A stretch of DNA of 64,000 nt from Nostoc sp. DedSLP01 (GTDB taxonomy: Bacteria; Cyanobacteriota; Cyanobacteriia; Cyanobacteriales; Nostocaceae): NCBI GenBank assembly GCA_034530875.2, contig JAVRCJ020000003.1, forward strand, positions 128,001 to 192,000, read 5' to 3'. Shown here one piece after another: positions 1 to 11,412 of the stretch. The notes beneath the pieces were generated by a model. That model was not told where the DNA came from. It was given only the letters and a program-made list of their open reading frames with translations, and searched no databases. Both the position numbers and the translations under genes were made by a program. The stretch's first letter is position 1; each line of letters begins with the position of its first letter.

Positions 1-3000
1 CAATTTGCCAAAATAATTTGACTGCAAGTAAAGAGTGTCCTCCTAATTCAAAGAAGTTATCTTTAATGCCAATGGGTTGGACACCTAAAAGTTGTTCCCA
101 AATCTGTGTTAGCTGGCGTTCCACTTCATTGCGGGGAGCAACAAAAGTCGCTTCTGGTTGTTGTCTTGATGAGTCGGGCGCGGGTAGGGCGCGGCGGTTG
201 ACTTTGCCGTTGGGAGTTAGGGGCATGGCGTCCAGCACAACGAAAGCTGAAGGTAGCATGTATTGTGGCAGCTTTGTTGAGAGGAAGTGCCGGACTTCGC
301 TAATTGTGATGGCTTTCTGATTTGGGATAATGTAAGCTACTAAACGCAGGTCTCCTGGAACATCTTCTCGGGCAATAACTACAGTCTGAAGTATATCTGG
401 ATGTTGGGCTAACACCGTCTCGATTTCCCCTGGTTCGATGCGGATGCCACGAATTTTAACTTGATGATCTCGGCGACCGAGAATTTCTAGAGAACCATCT
501 GGACGATAGCAACCGCGATCGCCTGTATAATAAACCCAATCTCGTTGGTCATTCCCAAAGGGATTTTTGACAAACCGAGAACGGTTTTCTAGTTGAGCGT
601 TGATATAGCCCAAACTCCTAAATGGTGTGCGGATGACAATTTCGCCAGGTTCGCCAATACCGCAAAGTTGATTATTTGCTCTTAAAACTAGTGCTTGGGT
701 TTCTGGCAATGGCATTCCTACTGGCTGTACTCCTGGGGTACATTCAACAGGTACTCGATAATAACACTTGGCCAAAGTTGTTTCTGTCGGGCCGTAGAGA
801 TTGACAATTTCTCCTGATTCCGGGAAAGCATCCCGCCACCGAACTACCAGTGTTTCCTTGAGAGGTTCGCCGGCAAAAAATAACCAGCGTAAGTTATGTA
901 GAAAAACTCCTTCAGGTACGTTACCTAACCAAGATTGTGCCAAGGAAGGAACTGTGTGCAGTACAGAAATTTGCTCGTTTTCCAAGTAACGCAGAATTCT
1001 AGTTGGTTCTAAGTTATCGCCTTCCTCTGGCAAACACAGGGTTGCACCGCTAGTCAAAGGTAAGAAAATATCTCTGAGGACGACATCAAAACTCAGACCT
1101 GTCAATTGGGCAACGCGGTCTTGCTGACCAATTTTAAATGTCTGCCGTTGCCAGTTGAGAAAATGTGCCATTCCTTTGTGACAACCCAGCACGCCCTTAG
1201 GTACGCCAGTGGTACCGGAAGTAAAGAAAATATAAGCTGCATCGTCACCAGTGATTTTAGGCAAATTTATGGTTTGAGTGTTGCCTTTAGGTGAATTGAT
1301 GATTTCTCCCGTGTGTGGGTTGACACAGATAGTTATTAAAGATTCGGTTATGGCTTTGTTTTCAGGGGTCTGGCTATCTATATATAATATGTATTTAGCT
1401 TTAGCTTCCCTGAGCATGAGCTGATGGCGATCGCTAGGCAGCTTCGGATCGAGTGTCATTAGCACACCACCACTCAACAGTACGCTGAGCATACTTGCAA
1501 TCAGCCCAAAGCTGCGCGTCCCAAACACAGCTACCACATCTCCCCGTTGGACTCCACGAGCTAATAAAGCCTCTGCTAAACTTTGAGCTGTTTTGCCCAA
1601 TTCCCCATAATTCCAACTACGAGTTCCTTGACGAATTGCTGAATGTTCTGGGATGGAGTTGACCCAAGACGCGAACATTGTTGTTACCAATTCGTACTCT
1701 GGTTCTGGCAAAACCGCCCTTGGTTCTGGCAGCAAAAATTGCGCTTGTGGTGTGACCAGGGAATACAAACCAATTTGTTTATCTGGAGTCGCGACAATTT
1801 GATTCAACAAATGATGGAATTGATGAAGCATTTCCATCATCCGCTGTGGAGTAAACAAATCGGTGTTGTAGACTAAATCGAGTTTGATTCCCTGGTTTTG
1901 TTCTGTGACATACAAAGTTAAGTCAAACTTAGAAGCCGTTTCTAGCATCGGCACTGGTTCTACAGCCACTCCAGGTATTTCCAGTTGGATGTCTCTTAAA
2001 TTAAGCATATTAAACCACACTTGAAATAGTGGGTTGCGGCTGGTATCCCGTTCTGGTTGCAGTTCTTCTACCAGTTTCTCAAAGGGCATATCTTGATGGG
2101 CATAAGCGCCCAATGCCATTTGCCGGACTCGACTTAGCACCGAACGAAAACTGGGGTTGTCGGAAAAATCAGTCCGTAAAACCACAGTGTTAATGAAAAA
2201 TCCAATCAAACCTTCAATTTCCGAACGGTTACGTCCAGCAATGGGGGAACCAATAAGAATATCTTCTTGCCCGGTGTAGCGGTGCAATATTGTTCCAAAA
2301 GCCGCCAACAAGGTCATAAATAAGGTGACACCTTCCTGACGGGACAATTCTGTAAGCGATGCACTCAAGCTTTGGGGTAGCATTAAAGACTCAGCCGCCC
2401 CTTGATAAGTTTGCACTGGCGGCCGCGGTCGGTCTGTAGGCAATTCCAGTACAGTGTTAGCATCTGCTAATTGGGTTTTCCAGTAATTTGCTTGGCTGGA
2501 AAGGACTTCACCCGATAGCCATTGGTGCTGCCACACAGCAAAATCAGCATATTGAATCGGTAATTTTGCTAGAGGGGAAGGTTTGCCGTTTAACAAGGCT
2601 TCATAAACGGCTGCTAACTGCTGCCAGAGAATACCCATTGACCAGCCATCTGAGGCGATGTGGTGCATGACCAACAAAAGTATCTGCTCTTTTTCGGTGA
2701 TTTGCAGCAAGTTAGCCCGCAGCATCAAGTCAGATTCTAAGTTAAAGGGCTGTTGCGCTTCTTGAGTCAGGAGAAATTGCGCTTGCTCTTGCGTAACTTG
2801 AATTACTTGGAGTTCAACCGAGCGAGGCGTACCAATTACTTGTATGGGGCTACCGTCGGGTGATTTAATAAAGTTTGTTCGCAGTGCTTCGTGATGAACA
2901 ACGATCGCATCTAGTGCCTGTTGCAGTACACCCAAATTTAATTCGCCCGTTAAGCGCTGTGCATCGGCAATGATATATGCCCTGCTGTTGGGTTCCAACT

Positions 3001-4981
3001 GCTGCAAAAACCACACTCGCTGCTGGGCAAAAGATAAGGGAACTGATTCGCGGTTGGCTATTTGGGGAATGCTTTGATTTTGGGAATTATTTTCTAGAAT
3101 TTGGTTTTGAGTAATCGTTTGAGCTAAATTAGCGATCGTGGGATTCTCAAACAAAACTTGCAACGCTATTTCTATCCCTAAGGCTTGGCGGACTCTGGAC
3201 ATAACTTGAGTCGCCAGCAGTGAATGTCCCCCCAATTCAAAAAAGTTGTCGTGGATGCCTACTTGTTGCAAACGCAGAACTTTCGCCCAGATGTTAGCCA
3301 AGACTTCTTGTGTAGGATTCTGGGGTGGGACAAAGTTAGTTGATATCGGGTGGGATATATCTGGCGCAGGTAAAGCGCGACGGTCTATTTTCCCATTGGG
3401 ATTTAATGGGAAAGCGTCCAAAAATACAAAGCTGCTAGGCACCATGTATTCTGGCAGCCGACCTTGCAAAAACTGTCGTAATTCAACCTGACTAGGAATT
3501 TGCCCGGGACTAGCAACGAGATATGCCACAAGTCGCTTATCTCCAGGAACATCTTCTCTGGCTACGACTAAAGTCTGCATCAGTGCTGGATATTGGCTGA
3601 GTACAGTTTCAATTTCTCCTAATTCAATCCGAAAACCACGTATTTTTACTTGGTGGTCAATACGACCGAGGAACTCGATATTACCATCGCTGTTGTAACG
3701 TACCAAGTCACCGGTTTTGTAAAGACGTGTCCCTTTTTCAGAGCTAAAAGGATCGGTAATAAACTTTTCTTGAGTCAATTCTGGACGGTTAAGATAGCCC
3801 CGCGCTAGACCAATACCGCCAATATACAGTTCCCCTGATTCGCCAACAGCTACAGGTTGCAAATTTTCATCAAGGATGTAAATCTGTGCGTTGGTAATGG
3901 GATGACCAATGGGAGCAATGGTATAGTTACTGCCTCGCTGACAAGTCCAGAAAGTGGTATCTATGGAAGCTTCTGTCGGCCCGTAACAATTATGTAAAAC
4001 ATTGTCCAAATTCAATTGGGCAAAGAACCGTTCTATAAGTTCGACGGGTAAAGCTTCACCACCGCAGGTAACGTGTCTGAGAAGTCGGCAATTCTCAATT
4101 CCCTTTTCTTCCAGTAAAACCCGCAGTATTGAAGGTACTAAAGCTAGGACAGTAATTTGCTGTTCGCTAATTACTTTTACAAGATAGCCAGCGTCTTGAT
4201 GTCCGCCAGGACGAGGCATAACTAATTGCCCCCCAAAGCACAACGGCCAGAATATCTGCCATACTGAGGGATCGAAGCTAAAAGAAATGGTCAGTAAAAC
4301 TTTGTCTGCTTCGGTTAATCCAAAGGTTCTTTGCCGCCAGTACAATTGATTGCAGATTCCACGGTGAGGAATCATTACACCTTTGGGCTGTCCTGTAGAA
4401 CCAGATGTATAAATTACGTAAATTAAATTATCGGCCGTAGTTGCATTTACAGGGTTCTCTTGGCTGTTCTCGGCGTTTTCTTGCAAAAACAAGTCAAGAC
4501 AAATCACTTTTGCTTGATGCAGTGGTAGGTTGTTGACCAATTTTTCTTGGGTTAACAAGACTGGTGTTTGCGTGTCTTCCAAAATGAAAGCTAAACGCTC
4601 TTGTGGATATGATGGGTCTAAAGGCACATAAGCACCTCCAGCTTTGAGAATTGCCAACAATCCTACAATCATCTCTAAAGAGCGTTCTAGACAAATACCC
4701 ACAAGTACTTCCGGCCCGACACCCAAAGTACGCAGATAGTGCGCTAGCTGATTCGCTTGTTGATTTAACTGCTGATATGTAAGTTGCCTATTTTCAAATA
4801 CTACAGCAATTGCTTGGGGCGATCGCTCTACTTGCATCTCAAACATTTGATGGATGCAGAGATTCTCAGCGAATGCTTGAGTATCACTCCATTCACATAC
4901 AACTTCAGTGCCAAAGATGTGAGTTAAGGGATCTAACGGAGTATTTTTTTTAGATTCAGAAGTCTGATTATTTATCTGCAT
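1..4981 (-). CDS. Non-ribosomal peptide synthetase, A-T-C-A-T (partial; 3' end beyond window start)
   Basis: Manual translation from ATG at 4981 (MQINNQTSE...). A1 motifs LKAGGAYVPLDP, YTSGSTGQPKG, YGPTE, YKTGD; T1 FFELGGHSLL near 3215-3245; C domain HHIASDG at 2645-2665; A2 FTSGTTGVPKG, YGPTE, YYTGD; T2 FFELGGHSLL near 26-55 in the same frame as the ATG. Absent from the ORF track, presumably because there is no stop in the window. Confidence 0.95.
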   Translation of the reverse strand, partial: MQINNQTSESKKNTPLDPLTHIFGTEVVCEWSDTQAFAENLCIHQMFEMQVERSPQAIAVVFENRQLTYQQLNQQANQLAHYLRTLGVGPEVLVGICLERSLEMIVGLLAILKAGGAYVPLDPSYPQERLAFILEDTQTPVLLTQEKLVNNLPLHQAKVICLDLFLQENAENSQENPVNATTADNLIYVIYTSGSTGQPKGVMIPHRGICNQLYWRQRTFGLTEADKVLLTISFSFDPSVWQIFWPLCFGGQLVMPRPGGHQDAGYLVKVISEQQITVLALVPSILRVLLEEKGIENCRLLRHVTCGGEALPVELIERFFAQLNLDNVLHNCYGPTEASIDTTFWTCQRGSNYTIAPIGHPITNAQIYILDENLQPVAVGESGELYIGGIGLARGYLNRPELTQEKFITDPFSSEKGTRLYKTGDLVRYNSDGNIEFLGRIDHQVKIRGFRIELGEIETVLSQYPALMQTLVVAREDVPGDKRLVAYLVASPGQIPSQVELRQFLQGRLPEYMVPSSFVFLDAFPLNPNGKIDRRALPAPDISHPISTNFVPPQNPTQEVLANIWAKVLRLQQVGIHDNFFELGGHSLLATQVMSRVRQALGIEIALQVLFENPTIANLAQTITQNQILENNSQNQSIPQIANRESVPLSFAQQRVWFLQQLEPNSRAYIIADAQRLTGELNLGVLQQALDAIVVHHEALRTNFIKSPDGSPIQVIGTPRSVELQVIQVTQEQAQFLLTQEAQQPFNLESDLMLRANLLQITEKEQILLLVMHHIASDGWSMGILWQQLAAVYEALLNGKPSPLAKLPIQYADFAVWQHQWLSGEVLSSQANYWKTQLADANTVLELPTDRPRPPVQTYQGAAESLMLPQSLSASLTELSRQEGVTLFMTLLAAFGTILHRYTGQEDILIGSPIAGRNRSEIEGLIGFFINTVVLRTDFSDNPSFRSVLSRVRQMALGAYAHQDMPFEKLVEELQPERDTSRNPLFQVWFNMLNLRDIQLEIPGVAVEPVPMLETASKFDLTLYVTEQNQGIKLDLVYNTDLFTPQRMMEMLHQFHHLLNQIVATPDKQIGLYSLVTPQAQFLLPEPRAVLPEPEYELVTTMFASWVNSIPEHSAIRQGTRSWNYGELGKTAQSLAEALLARGVQRGDVVAVFGTRSFGLIASMLSVLLSGGVLMTLDPKLPSDRHQLMLREAKAKYILYIDSQTPENKAITESLITICVNPHTGEIINSPKGNTQTINLPKITGDDAAYIFFTSGTTGVPKGVLGCHKGMAHFLNWQRQTFKIGQQDRVAQLTGLSFDVVLRDIFLPLTSGATLCLPEEGDNLEPTRILRYLENEQISVLHTVPSLAQSWLGNVPEGVFLHNLRWLFFAGEPLKETLVVRWRDAFPESGEIVNLYGPTETTLAKCYYRVPVECTPGVQPVGMPLPETQALVLRANNQLCGIGEPGEIVIRTPFRSLGYINAQLENRSRFVKNPFGNDQRDWVYYTGDRGCYRPDGSLEILGRRDHQVKIRGIRIEPGEIETVLAQHPDILQTVVIAREDVPGDLRLVAYIIPNQKAITISEVRHFLSTKLPQYMLPSAFVVLDAMPLTPNGKVNRRALPAPDSSRQQPEATFVAPRNEVERQLTQIWEQLLGVQPIGIKDNFFELGGHSLLAVKLFWQI

Positions 4982-6669
4982 TTTATATATATCAACAACT
5001 CGCTAAAGTCTTTGGTTTCACTTGCGTTTCTGCTCAAGCCAATGCTTATAGAGGATTTTTAAACTTTATTTTATTTCCCAAATTATCATCAATAGATTTT
5101 AAACAAGTTTATGCATATCTTATCCAGACTCTTATAAAAGAGGACGATAACTTCAGCTTTTTGGTGAATAAGTAACAAGTGTAAAGTAGTAAAAATTTTA
5201 GTTTATGCGGTTCGCGGTTTTTTATATATACACCTCCTATTATTTCCGGTGAAAAACTGGTTATTAACTCGAAAAGCTTCATTTATGAATCTTTCCTAGC
5301 TGAATGCTACTACATCAAAGTTGCTTGTGAAAGAAGCACCCTTTGCTAGGGTTTTGTAAACAAGACGGCAGTTGCTCGTCAGTCTCTATACGCAGTACTC
5401 CAAAGATAAAAATAGCTTTTATACTTCAAAAGATACATATTTTAAATTTATTAATTGCTTTGTGTTTAATTTGCTAATTACGGGGATTTAGCTTTTTTAA
5501 TCAAAACTTTAAATCCGGAGATAACTAAATAATTTACATAGTACAAATATAAGTAATTAGTTATATATTAATTTACAAGTTTATAAAATTACACAAGATA
5601 CACCTATCTCTATTATTTTATATAGACTCCTTTAACTCAAAGATAATTATTACTGAATCTTCATTGTGATTCTTGGTATGTAAAATTACTGTAAAGCCTG
5701 AAAATAATCGCTGGAATAATTACGGAAATTCAGTAGAATTTTTACAAGTGGGTTTAATTGCCTAAACCCGTACTTTCTCATAGACAACATAAAATCGCCT
5801 TCAAGCGCGATTGAAATGCGAAAAATGTCAAAAAAATGACTTTCAATAAAGGAGTGAAAATGTCTAGAATGCAAATATAACAATGCTTATAGGTTTGAGG
5901 CATTGTTTACACTATTTGGATTGATTAAAACTGATTCTTGGCATCGCATGTTTGCGGAATAATTTATGGGTTTTGTCAAATAGGCATCGTATTTTATAAA
6001 TTTTTCGTCAGAATTTCGGAATACAACAGTCTGGATTTTCAATGACTCTGCGATCGATTGCCTATTAAGATGCCCAAACCTGACGTAAATCTAATCGCAA
6101 TTTCAAAGTTATGTAAAGTTTTGTTACAAAAATCAAAAATTTTGATGCATTTCGTTATATGTTATGTCTGTAAGTTTTTGTCAACAGTAATCATGCGTAA
6201 TAAGCAGAGAAGCTTCTAAGCAAGACTATTTTAGTCTTGTTAAAAATGCTACGTTAAACTCGAAAGGAGACTATGTTTTCCTGGAAGCGCAGCTCTGCAA
6301 TAGAACTGTAAGGTTTCATTACTTTGTGATTACGCACATTAAAGAGTTTCAATATTTTTAATCTAGTCTTTGTAAAATTATTAACAACAAGAACTCTAGT
6401 ATTAGGTCAAGGAACAATCCCCTGCTTCACATCAAAGCCTAAAATCTCCCGACTCAACTAGATCCTATCTTGTAACTAATATTAAATCTTTGGCTACTAA
6501 TTACACTTAATTACACCTAGATACTCAAAGATTTTTTGCTCAAGAGGTTCAAAGTTACTCGAAAAAGTCAGTAACAGTCAAATATAAAGGTCAGGTTTCT
6601 TGAAAAAATATGAGATACTCTACTTGCATAGTTTCCATCCAATTTTAACTACACCAAGTGTTACTAACT

Positions 6670-8112
6670 ATGAGTAATCAAAGTATTGCAACAAATAAAT
6701 TGAGTGAAGTACCTTTGGATCTACGTGCATCTGCATTTGTAAGGGTACGCAAAGGTTCCTGGTGGTTGAGAGTCACAACCCTATTTTTAGTAGATTGCAC
6801 TCTTTTATCCTTAGCTTGGATTTTAGCTGGGTATCAATCTTCTTACAAATATTTCCCTTGGGATACACCAAGTAATTATTTACCGATTCTAGTCGCTATT
6901 GCAATTCAAATAGGATCGTTGGCTCTCGAAGGTATTTATCGAGAAGGTCAAAAACGCTATGACTATTTAAATATTATTAAATCGCTTACCTTTGCTCATG
7001 GATTAATACTACTGGTTTGCTTTTTATACCAGCCAATCATAGATATTACAAGTCCGAGGTTGATATTATTATCTTGGTTATTCAGTACATTCTTTGTTTG
7101 TACTGGTAGATATACTGTCAATATTGTTCTTGAGTATCTCCGCAAACAAAAGAAAATAGTCCGTTCTTCTGTATTCATTATTTCCGATCCTCAAGACCAC
7201 GAGCAGATTGCTAGCTTTGTCAAAAAAGAGAAACACTATATTGTATCTGGAACGGCTAATGCTAATGCATTAGACAGGTATCAACGTCAACAGACATTGA
7301 ACCAACTTAACCAGTTAGGTGTCACAGAAGTTTTTATCTCTTGGGATGCTCTCAAAAATAGAATGTTCTTATGCTGGCTATTTCAAGCATCGGGTATACA
7401 AGTGCACATTATCCCGATGGAATTAAAACCAATTTATAGAAACGTAGAATTTAATAAAGTAGGAGGAATGCCTTGCCTGAGTTTAGATTGTCCGATAATT
7501 ACAGGTAAAGATTTTTGGATAAAGCGCATTTGTGATTTTTGTTTCGCCGCTTTATTCGTAATGTTAACGTTTCCTATCTATATAGCTATATCTATAGCTA
7601 TAAAACTGGATTCTCCTGGCACAGTATTCTACAAGCAAACTCGTATCGGTCTACATGGAAAACAGTTCAAAGTATGGAAATTTAGAACCATGAGATCTGA
7701 TGCAGACAAATTGCAAAAGGAATTAGAAGCTTTAAATGAGACAAAAGATGGGATTATTTTTAAAATCAAGGACGATCCTCGTGTTACTCGTGTTGGAAAA
7801 TTCCTCCGTCGTTACAGTTTAGACGAGTTACCGCAACTGTTTAATGTCATCTTTGGAGAAATGAGTATAGTCGGTCCTCGGCCTTTACCACTTAGAGATG
7901 TAGATAAATTTTCTGAGCATCATTTTATCCGACATGAAGTTTTACCTGGTGTTACTGGTCTTTGGCAAGTTTCAGGACGCTCGGATATTTTAGATTTTGA
8001 ACAAGTCATAGCTCTAGACATGAGCTACATCGAAAACTGGTCGCTGAGTTTAGACTTTGAAATTCTACTCAAAACAGTGATGGTGGTTTTGAAAAAAGAA
8101 GGTGCATACTAA
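6670..8112 (+). CDS. Initiating undecaprenyl-phosphate glycosyl-1-phosphate transferase (WcaJ/WbaP-type sugar transferase)
   Basis: N-terminal TM helices; C-terminal KFRTM...DPRVTRVGKFLRRYSLDELPQLFNV...MSIVGPRP...PGVTGLWQVSGRS. ATG 6670 preferred to GTG 6658. Confidence 0.93.
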   Translation: MSNQSIATNKLSEVPLDLRASAFVRVRKGSWWLRVTTLFLVDCTLLSLAWILAGYQSSYKYFPWDTPSNYLPILVAIAIQIGSLALEGIYREGQKRYDYLNIIKSLTFAHGLILLVCFLYQPIIDITSPRLILLSWLFSTFFVCTGRYTVNIVLEYLRKQKKIVRSSVFIISDPQDHEQIASFVKKEKHYIVSGTANANALDRYQRQQTLNQLNQLGVTEVFISWDALKNRMFLCWLFQASGIQVHIIPMELKPIYRNVEFNKVGGMPCLSLDCPIITGKDFWIKRICDFCFAALFVMLTFPIYIAISIAIKLDSPGTVFYKQTRIGLHGKQFKVWKFRTMRSDADKLQKELEALNETKDGIIFKIKDDPRVTRVGKFLRRYSLDELPQLFNVIFGEMSIVGPRPLPLRDVDKFSEHHFIRHEVLPGVTGLWQVSGRSDILDFEQVIALDMSYIENWSLSLDFEILLKTVMVVLKKEGAY

Positions 8113-8483
8113 AATCTCCAAAGAAAAATAGTTTGCTGTCGTTGAGTTTGGTGGTTTGATTGTCTAAAAATATTAAAAGTAACTCAACGAAGCATACTTT
8201 TTTTCTATCTAAAATCATATTATTTTAACTATTTCTGTCTGAGTTACTTTTTCAAAGCAAGCAAACTATACATTTCAGATTTTAGTACCAAGCAAAGAAA
8301 TATTTTATTCAAAAATAAACCAATACTTGGTATTTTTATTAATCTGGGTAAATATCTCTTCAGCCTGTATAGGCAAGATTTTGCGGTTTTGACAGTTCTA
8401 GTTCTGTGTTTGAAGGAAATGAGGTAACTATAGCATAAGGAAATCAGTGGAACAAAAATTATCAAAATTAAGCTGATTACTAT

Positions 8484-9917
8484 ATGGGAAAAAACCGTAA
8501 ATTAATAAGTAATTCCTTTTCAATGATAGTTAATCGTTTAGCACAAAGCATTACAACCTTTGTGTTAACAACCTCTATTGCTCGCATATTAGGGGCTGAA
8601 GCCTTAGGTCAATATCTATTAGCATTTACCTACTACTTTATATTTGTAAGTATTGCATCACAAGGATTAAAAAATTTATTTACAAGAGAAATAGCCCGCG
8701 AACCCGAAAAAACACCACTTTATTTAGTCAGTGGAAGCTGGTTGCAGTTAATTTTCAGTTTCTTCAGTTATGTGGTTTTGGTAATTACAGTATTTTTACT
8801 ACCCTATACTTCGGAGACTTCAGCTGCTTGCTACATCATGGGTTTAACAATAATTCCCTTTTCGCTTTCCAATATTACTGAGGCAATTTTTCAAGCTAAA
8901 GAAAAAATGCATTTAATTGCCATTGCTACAGTTCCAGTGTATGTAATACGTTTATTCGTAATGCTCTGGGCAATGCAAAAAAATTATGGAATTGATTATC
9001 TTGCCGCAATTCTAGTTGTTTCAGAATCAATAATTCTCGGTATTGAATGGATTTTAGTTACAAAACTAGTAAAAACAAAATTACGGATTGATGGAAATTT
9101 TGTCTGGAGCACAATAAAAAATGCGCGTACATTTTTTGCTATTGAAGCGTTAGCTGTTGTCAATGGCAGAATTCAAATCTTGATTCTTTCATTACTAGGA
9201 AGCGAGTTTATAGTTGGTGTCTATGGTGGAATAACCCAATTGTTACAACCATTTTTTATTATTGCTAATAGTATTTGTATAGCAATGTTCCCGGGGTTAT
9301 CAAAGGCAGTCAGTGAAGGGCGAGAAACGCAACGAAAGATTATCTCAAATTGTATTGAAACATTATTAATTATAGCTTTACCTTTATCTGTAGGGTTAGT
9401 TTTTGTTGGTAAAAACTTACTAACTTTTATATATAATCCTAGCTTTGCTCAAGGAAGTTTAGCTTTGAGTATCATTGCTGTATCATTAATTTTTATGCCT
9501 TTCAATCAATCGTTATCTTACTTACTTGTAGCGAATGGTTTTGAAATCGTCAACTTGCGTCAAGTGGCTATTAACACTACTTTAGGAAGTTTGGCGGGTG
9601 TGATATTAGTTTCACAATATAATTTACTAGGCGCAGCAATAATGGCTTTTTTGATGAGCTTTATTGCCTTTATTCAGTATGTTTACTTCAGCTTTACTCT
9701 CGTATTTCCATTAAATTTATGGCGAATTATACGCTCTCCACTGCTACTTAGTATTTTGATGGCAGGTGTATTTATTATTTTAGAAAAAAGTCATTTAAAT
9801 TTTTTATTAACTATAGCGATCGCTACTTGTTGTTATATCCTATTTATTAACTTTTTGAGTATTCGTAATTTAGGCGGAATACATACTCTTAGAGAAAAAA
9901 TTTTAAAAAGATCATGA
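8484..9917 (+). CDS. Wzx-type polysaccharide flippase
   Basis: Many TM segments, N-terminal 'IARILGAEALGQY' motif, polysaccharide cluster context. Confidence 0.88.
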   Translation: MGKNRKLISNSFSMIVNRLAQSITTFVLTTSIARILGAEALGQYLLAFTYYFIFVSIASQGLKNLFTREIAREPEKTPLYLVSGSWLQLIFSFFSYVVLVITVFLLPYTSETSAACYIMGLTIIPFSLSNITEAIFQAKEKMHLIAIATVPVYVIRLFVMLWAMQKNYGIDYLAAILVVSESIILGIEWILVTKLVKTKLRIDGNFVWSTIKNARTFFAIEALAVVNGRIQILILSLLGSEFIVGVYGGITQLLQPFFIIANSICIAMFPGLSKAVSEGRETQRKIISNCIETLLIIALPLSVGLVFVGKNLLTFIYNPSFAQGSLALSIIAVSLIFMPFNQSLSYLLVANGFEIVNLRQVAINTTLGSLAGVILVSQYNLLGAAIMAFLMSFIAFIQYVYFSFTLVFPLNLWRIIRSPLLLSILMAGVFIILEKSHLNFLLTIAIATCCYILFINFLSIRNLGGIHTLREKILKRS

Positions 9918-9983
9918 AGATCAATCTGGCGATTGATATTGAAAATAGTGAATCTACAAAATTAAATTAGCTAAAGCAAAAAT

Positions 9984-11012
9984 ATGGAAGTTCTTCAAAC
10001 AGAAAAAACAACAACTCAAAATTTGGCAATAGCAGACCAAAGCAACCAGCCACTAGTCAGCGTCGTTATTCCTACACGCAACAGACCACAGATTGTCGTC
10101 AGAGGTGCTAAAAGCGCATTAAATCAAACCCTGCGATCGATTGAAGTGATTGTGATAGTAGATGGACCAGATGAGGAAACAGTTAATGCCCTATCTCAGA
10201 TAGGAGATCCTAGACTCAAAGTTATAGAATTACCAAAAAATATTGGTCCGTCAGGAGCTAGAAATACTGGGGTTAGAGAAGCGAAAGGCACTTGGATAGC
10301 CTTTTTAGATGATGACGATGAATGGCTCCCAGAAAAATTGCAACGTCAACTAGAACTAGCAAATAATTCCAAATGTGATTTTCCAGTTATCGCCAGTCGT
10401 TTCATTTCTCAGACTCCAAAAGGCGATTTTATTTGTCCAAGAAGGCTGCCTAACTTATCTGAACCTTTAAGTGAATATCTTTTTGTTCGTAACTCCTATT
10501 TTAAAGGAGAAGGGTGCATACAAACTTCGACTCTTTTCGTGAAAAAAGAGTTGATGGAAAAAATGCCTTTAGAAGAAAAATTTTACAGACACGAAGATTG
10601 GGAATGGTTGCTTCGAGTCAGCGCGATGGAAGGTGTACAAATAGAATTTGTACCTGAGGCTATGGCAATCTGGCATTCAGAAATGGGAATCAAGCGCTTA
10701 AGCAACGTTAACGACTGGAAATATTCCTTAGATTGGATTAGTTCAATTCGTAACTTAGTAACACCTAAGGCTTATTCAAGCTTCATTGCAACAATTGTCA
10801 GTCCTTCGGCGTCATTAGCACGTGATTGGAAAGCTTTCTTTCCTTTATTGTGGGAAATTATACGCTCAGGCAAACCTCGACCAATAGATATATGCTTATA
10901 TTTAACAATGTGGTTAATTCCTCAGAGTATCAGACAGCAAATTCGCTATCTTTTGAATAAGAAGCCGAAAACATCAAAAGCTGTTACCAAAGAAATGGAA
11001 ACTCTCAAGTAA
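9984..11012 (+). CDS. Glycosyltransferase family 2
   Basis: VSVVIPTRNR...VIVIVDG...GARNTG...IAFLDDDDEW; HEDWEW. Confidence 0.93.
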   Translation: MEVLQTEKTTTQNLAIADQSNQPLVSVVIPTRNRPQIVVRGAKSALNQTLRSIEVIVIVDGPDEETVNALSQIGDPRLKVIELPKNIGPSGARNTGVREAKGTWIAFLDDDDEWLPEKLQRQLELANNSKCDFPVIASRFISQTPKGDFICPRRLPNLSEPLSEYLFVRNSYFKGEGCIQTSTLFVKKELMEKMPLEEKFYRHEDWEWLLRVSAMEGVQIEFVPEAMAIWHSEMGIKRLSNVNDWKYSLDWISSIRNLVTPKAYSSFIATIVSPSASLARDWKAFFPLLWEIIRSGKPRPIDICLYLTMWLIPQSIRQQIRYLLNKKPKTSKAVTKEMETLK

Positions 11013-11412
11013 ATGCATTGGCTAAAATACTGCGGTATATCATAGGTTGGGTTGTAACTTGCTGCCATGAAGTAGTAGAAAATACAACCTAACAGACGAC
11101 ACAAGATGTTGAGTTGGTTTCTCAGATCGACCTCAGGAAGTTTAATTTTTAGTCTTAACTTCATCGTATTAAGCGATAATAGTGATAAAATTTATCATTT
11201 TATCTGTTAGACTACTGGTATCAAGCGAATCCAAAATTTACACAGTCAGAAATTATGCTTGGATAATTTGCACAATTATCACCAATAGCAAAAGTTTTAT
11301 GCTTCAACTTCAATCTATTTGAGCTAAGACTACAGTTACCAAAATCAACTTTCTGCATTTCTGCATTATTTAATTTATTTCTTGATTTACAGGATGAAGC
11401 ATATTATAAAAA

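Noticed and set aside
18..4694. Short ORFs in the track between 18 and 4694
   Set aside because: Antisense or out-of-frame shadows of the NRPS.
5514..5519. TCCGGA (DIF1-like heterocyst promoter motif)
   Set aside because: Six-base palindrome with no convincingly spaced downstream element; chance occurrence is likely.
5676..5689. GTA-N8-TAC in the NRPS/EPS spacer
   Set aside because: No TAN3T at about 22 nt in either direction.
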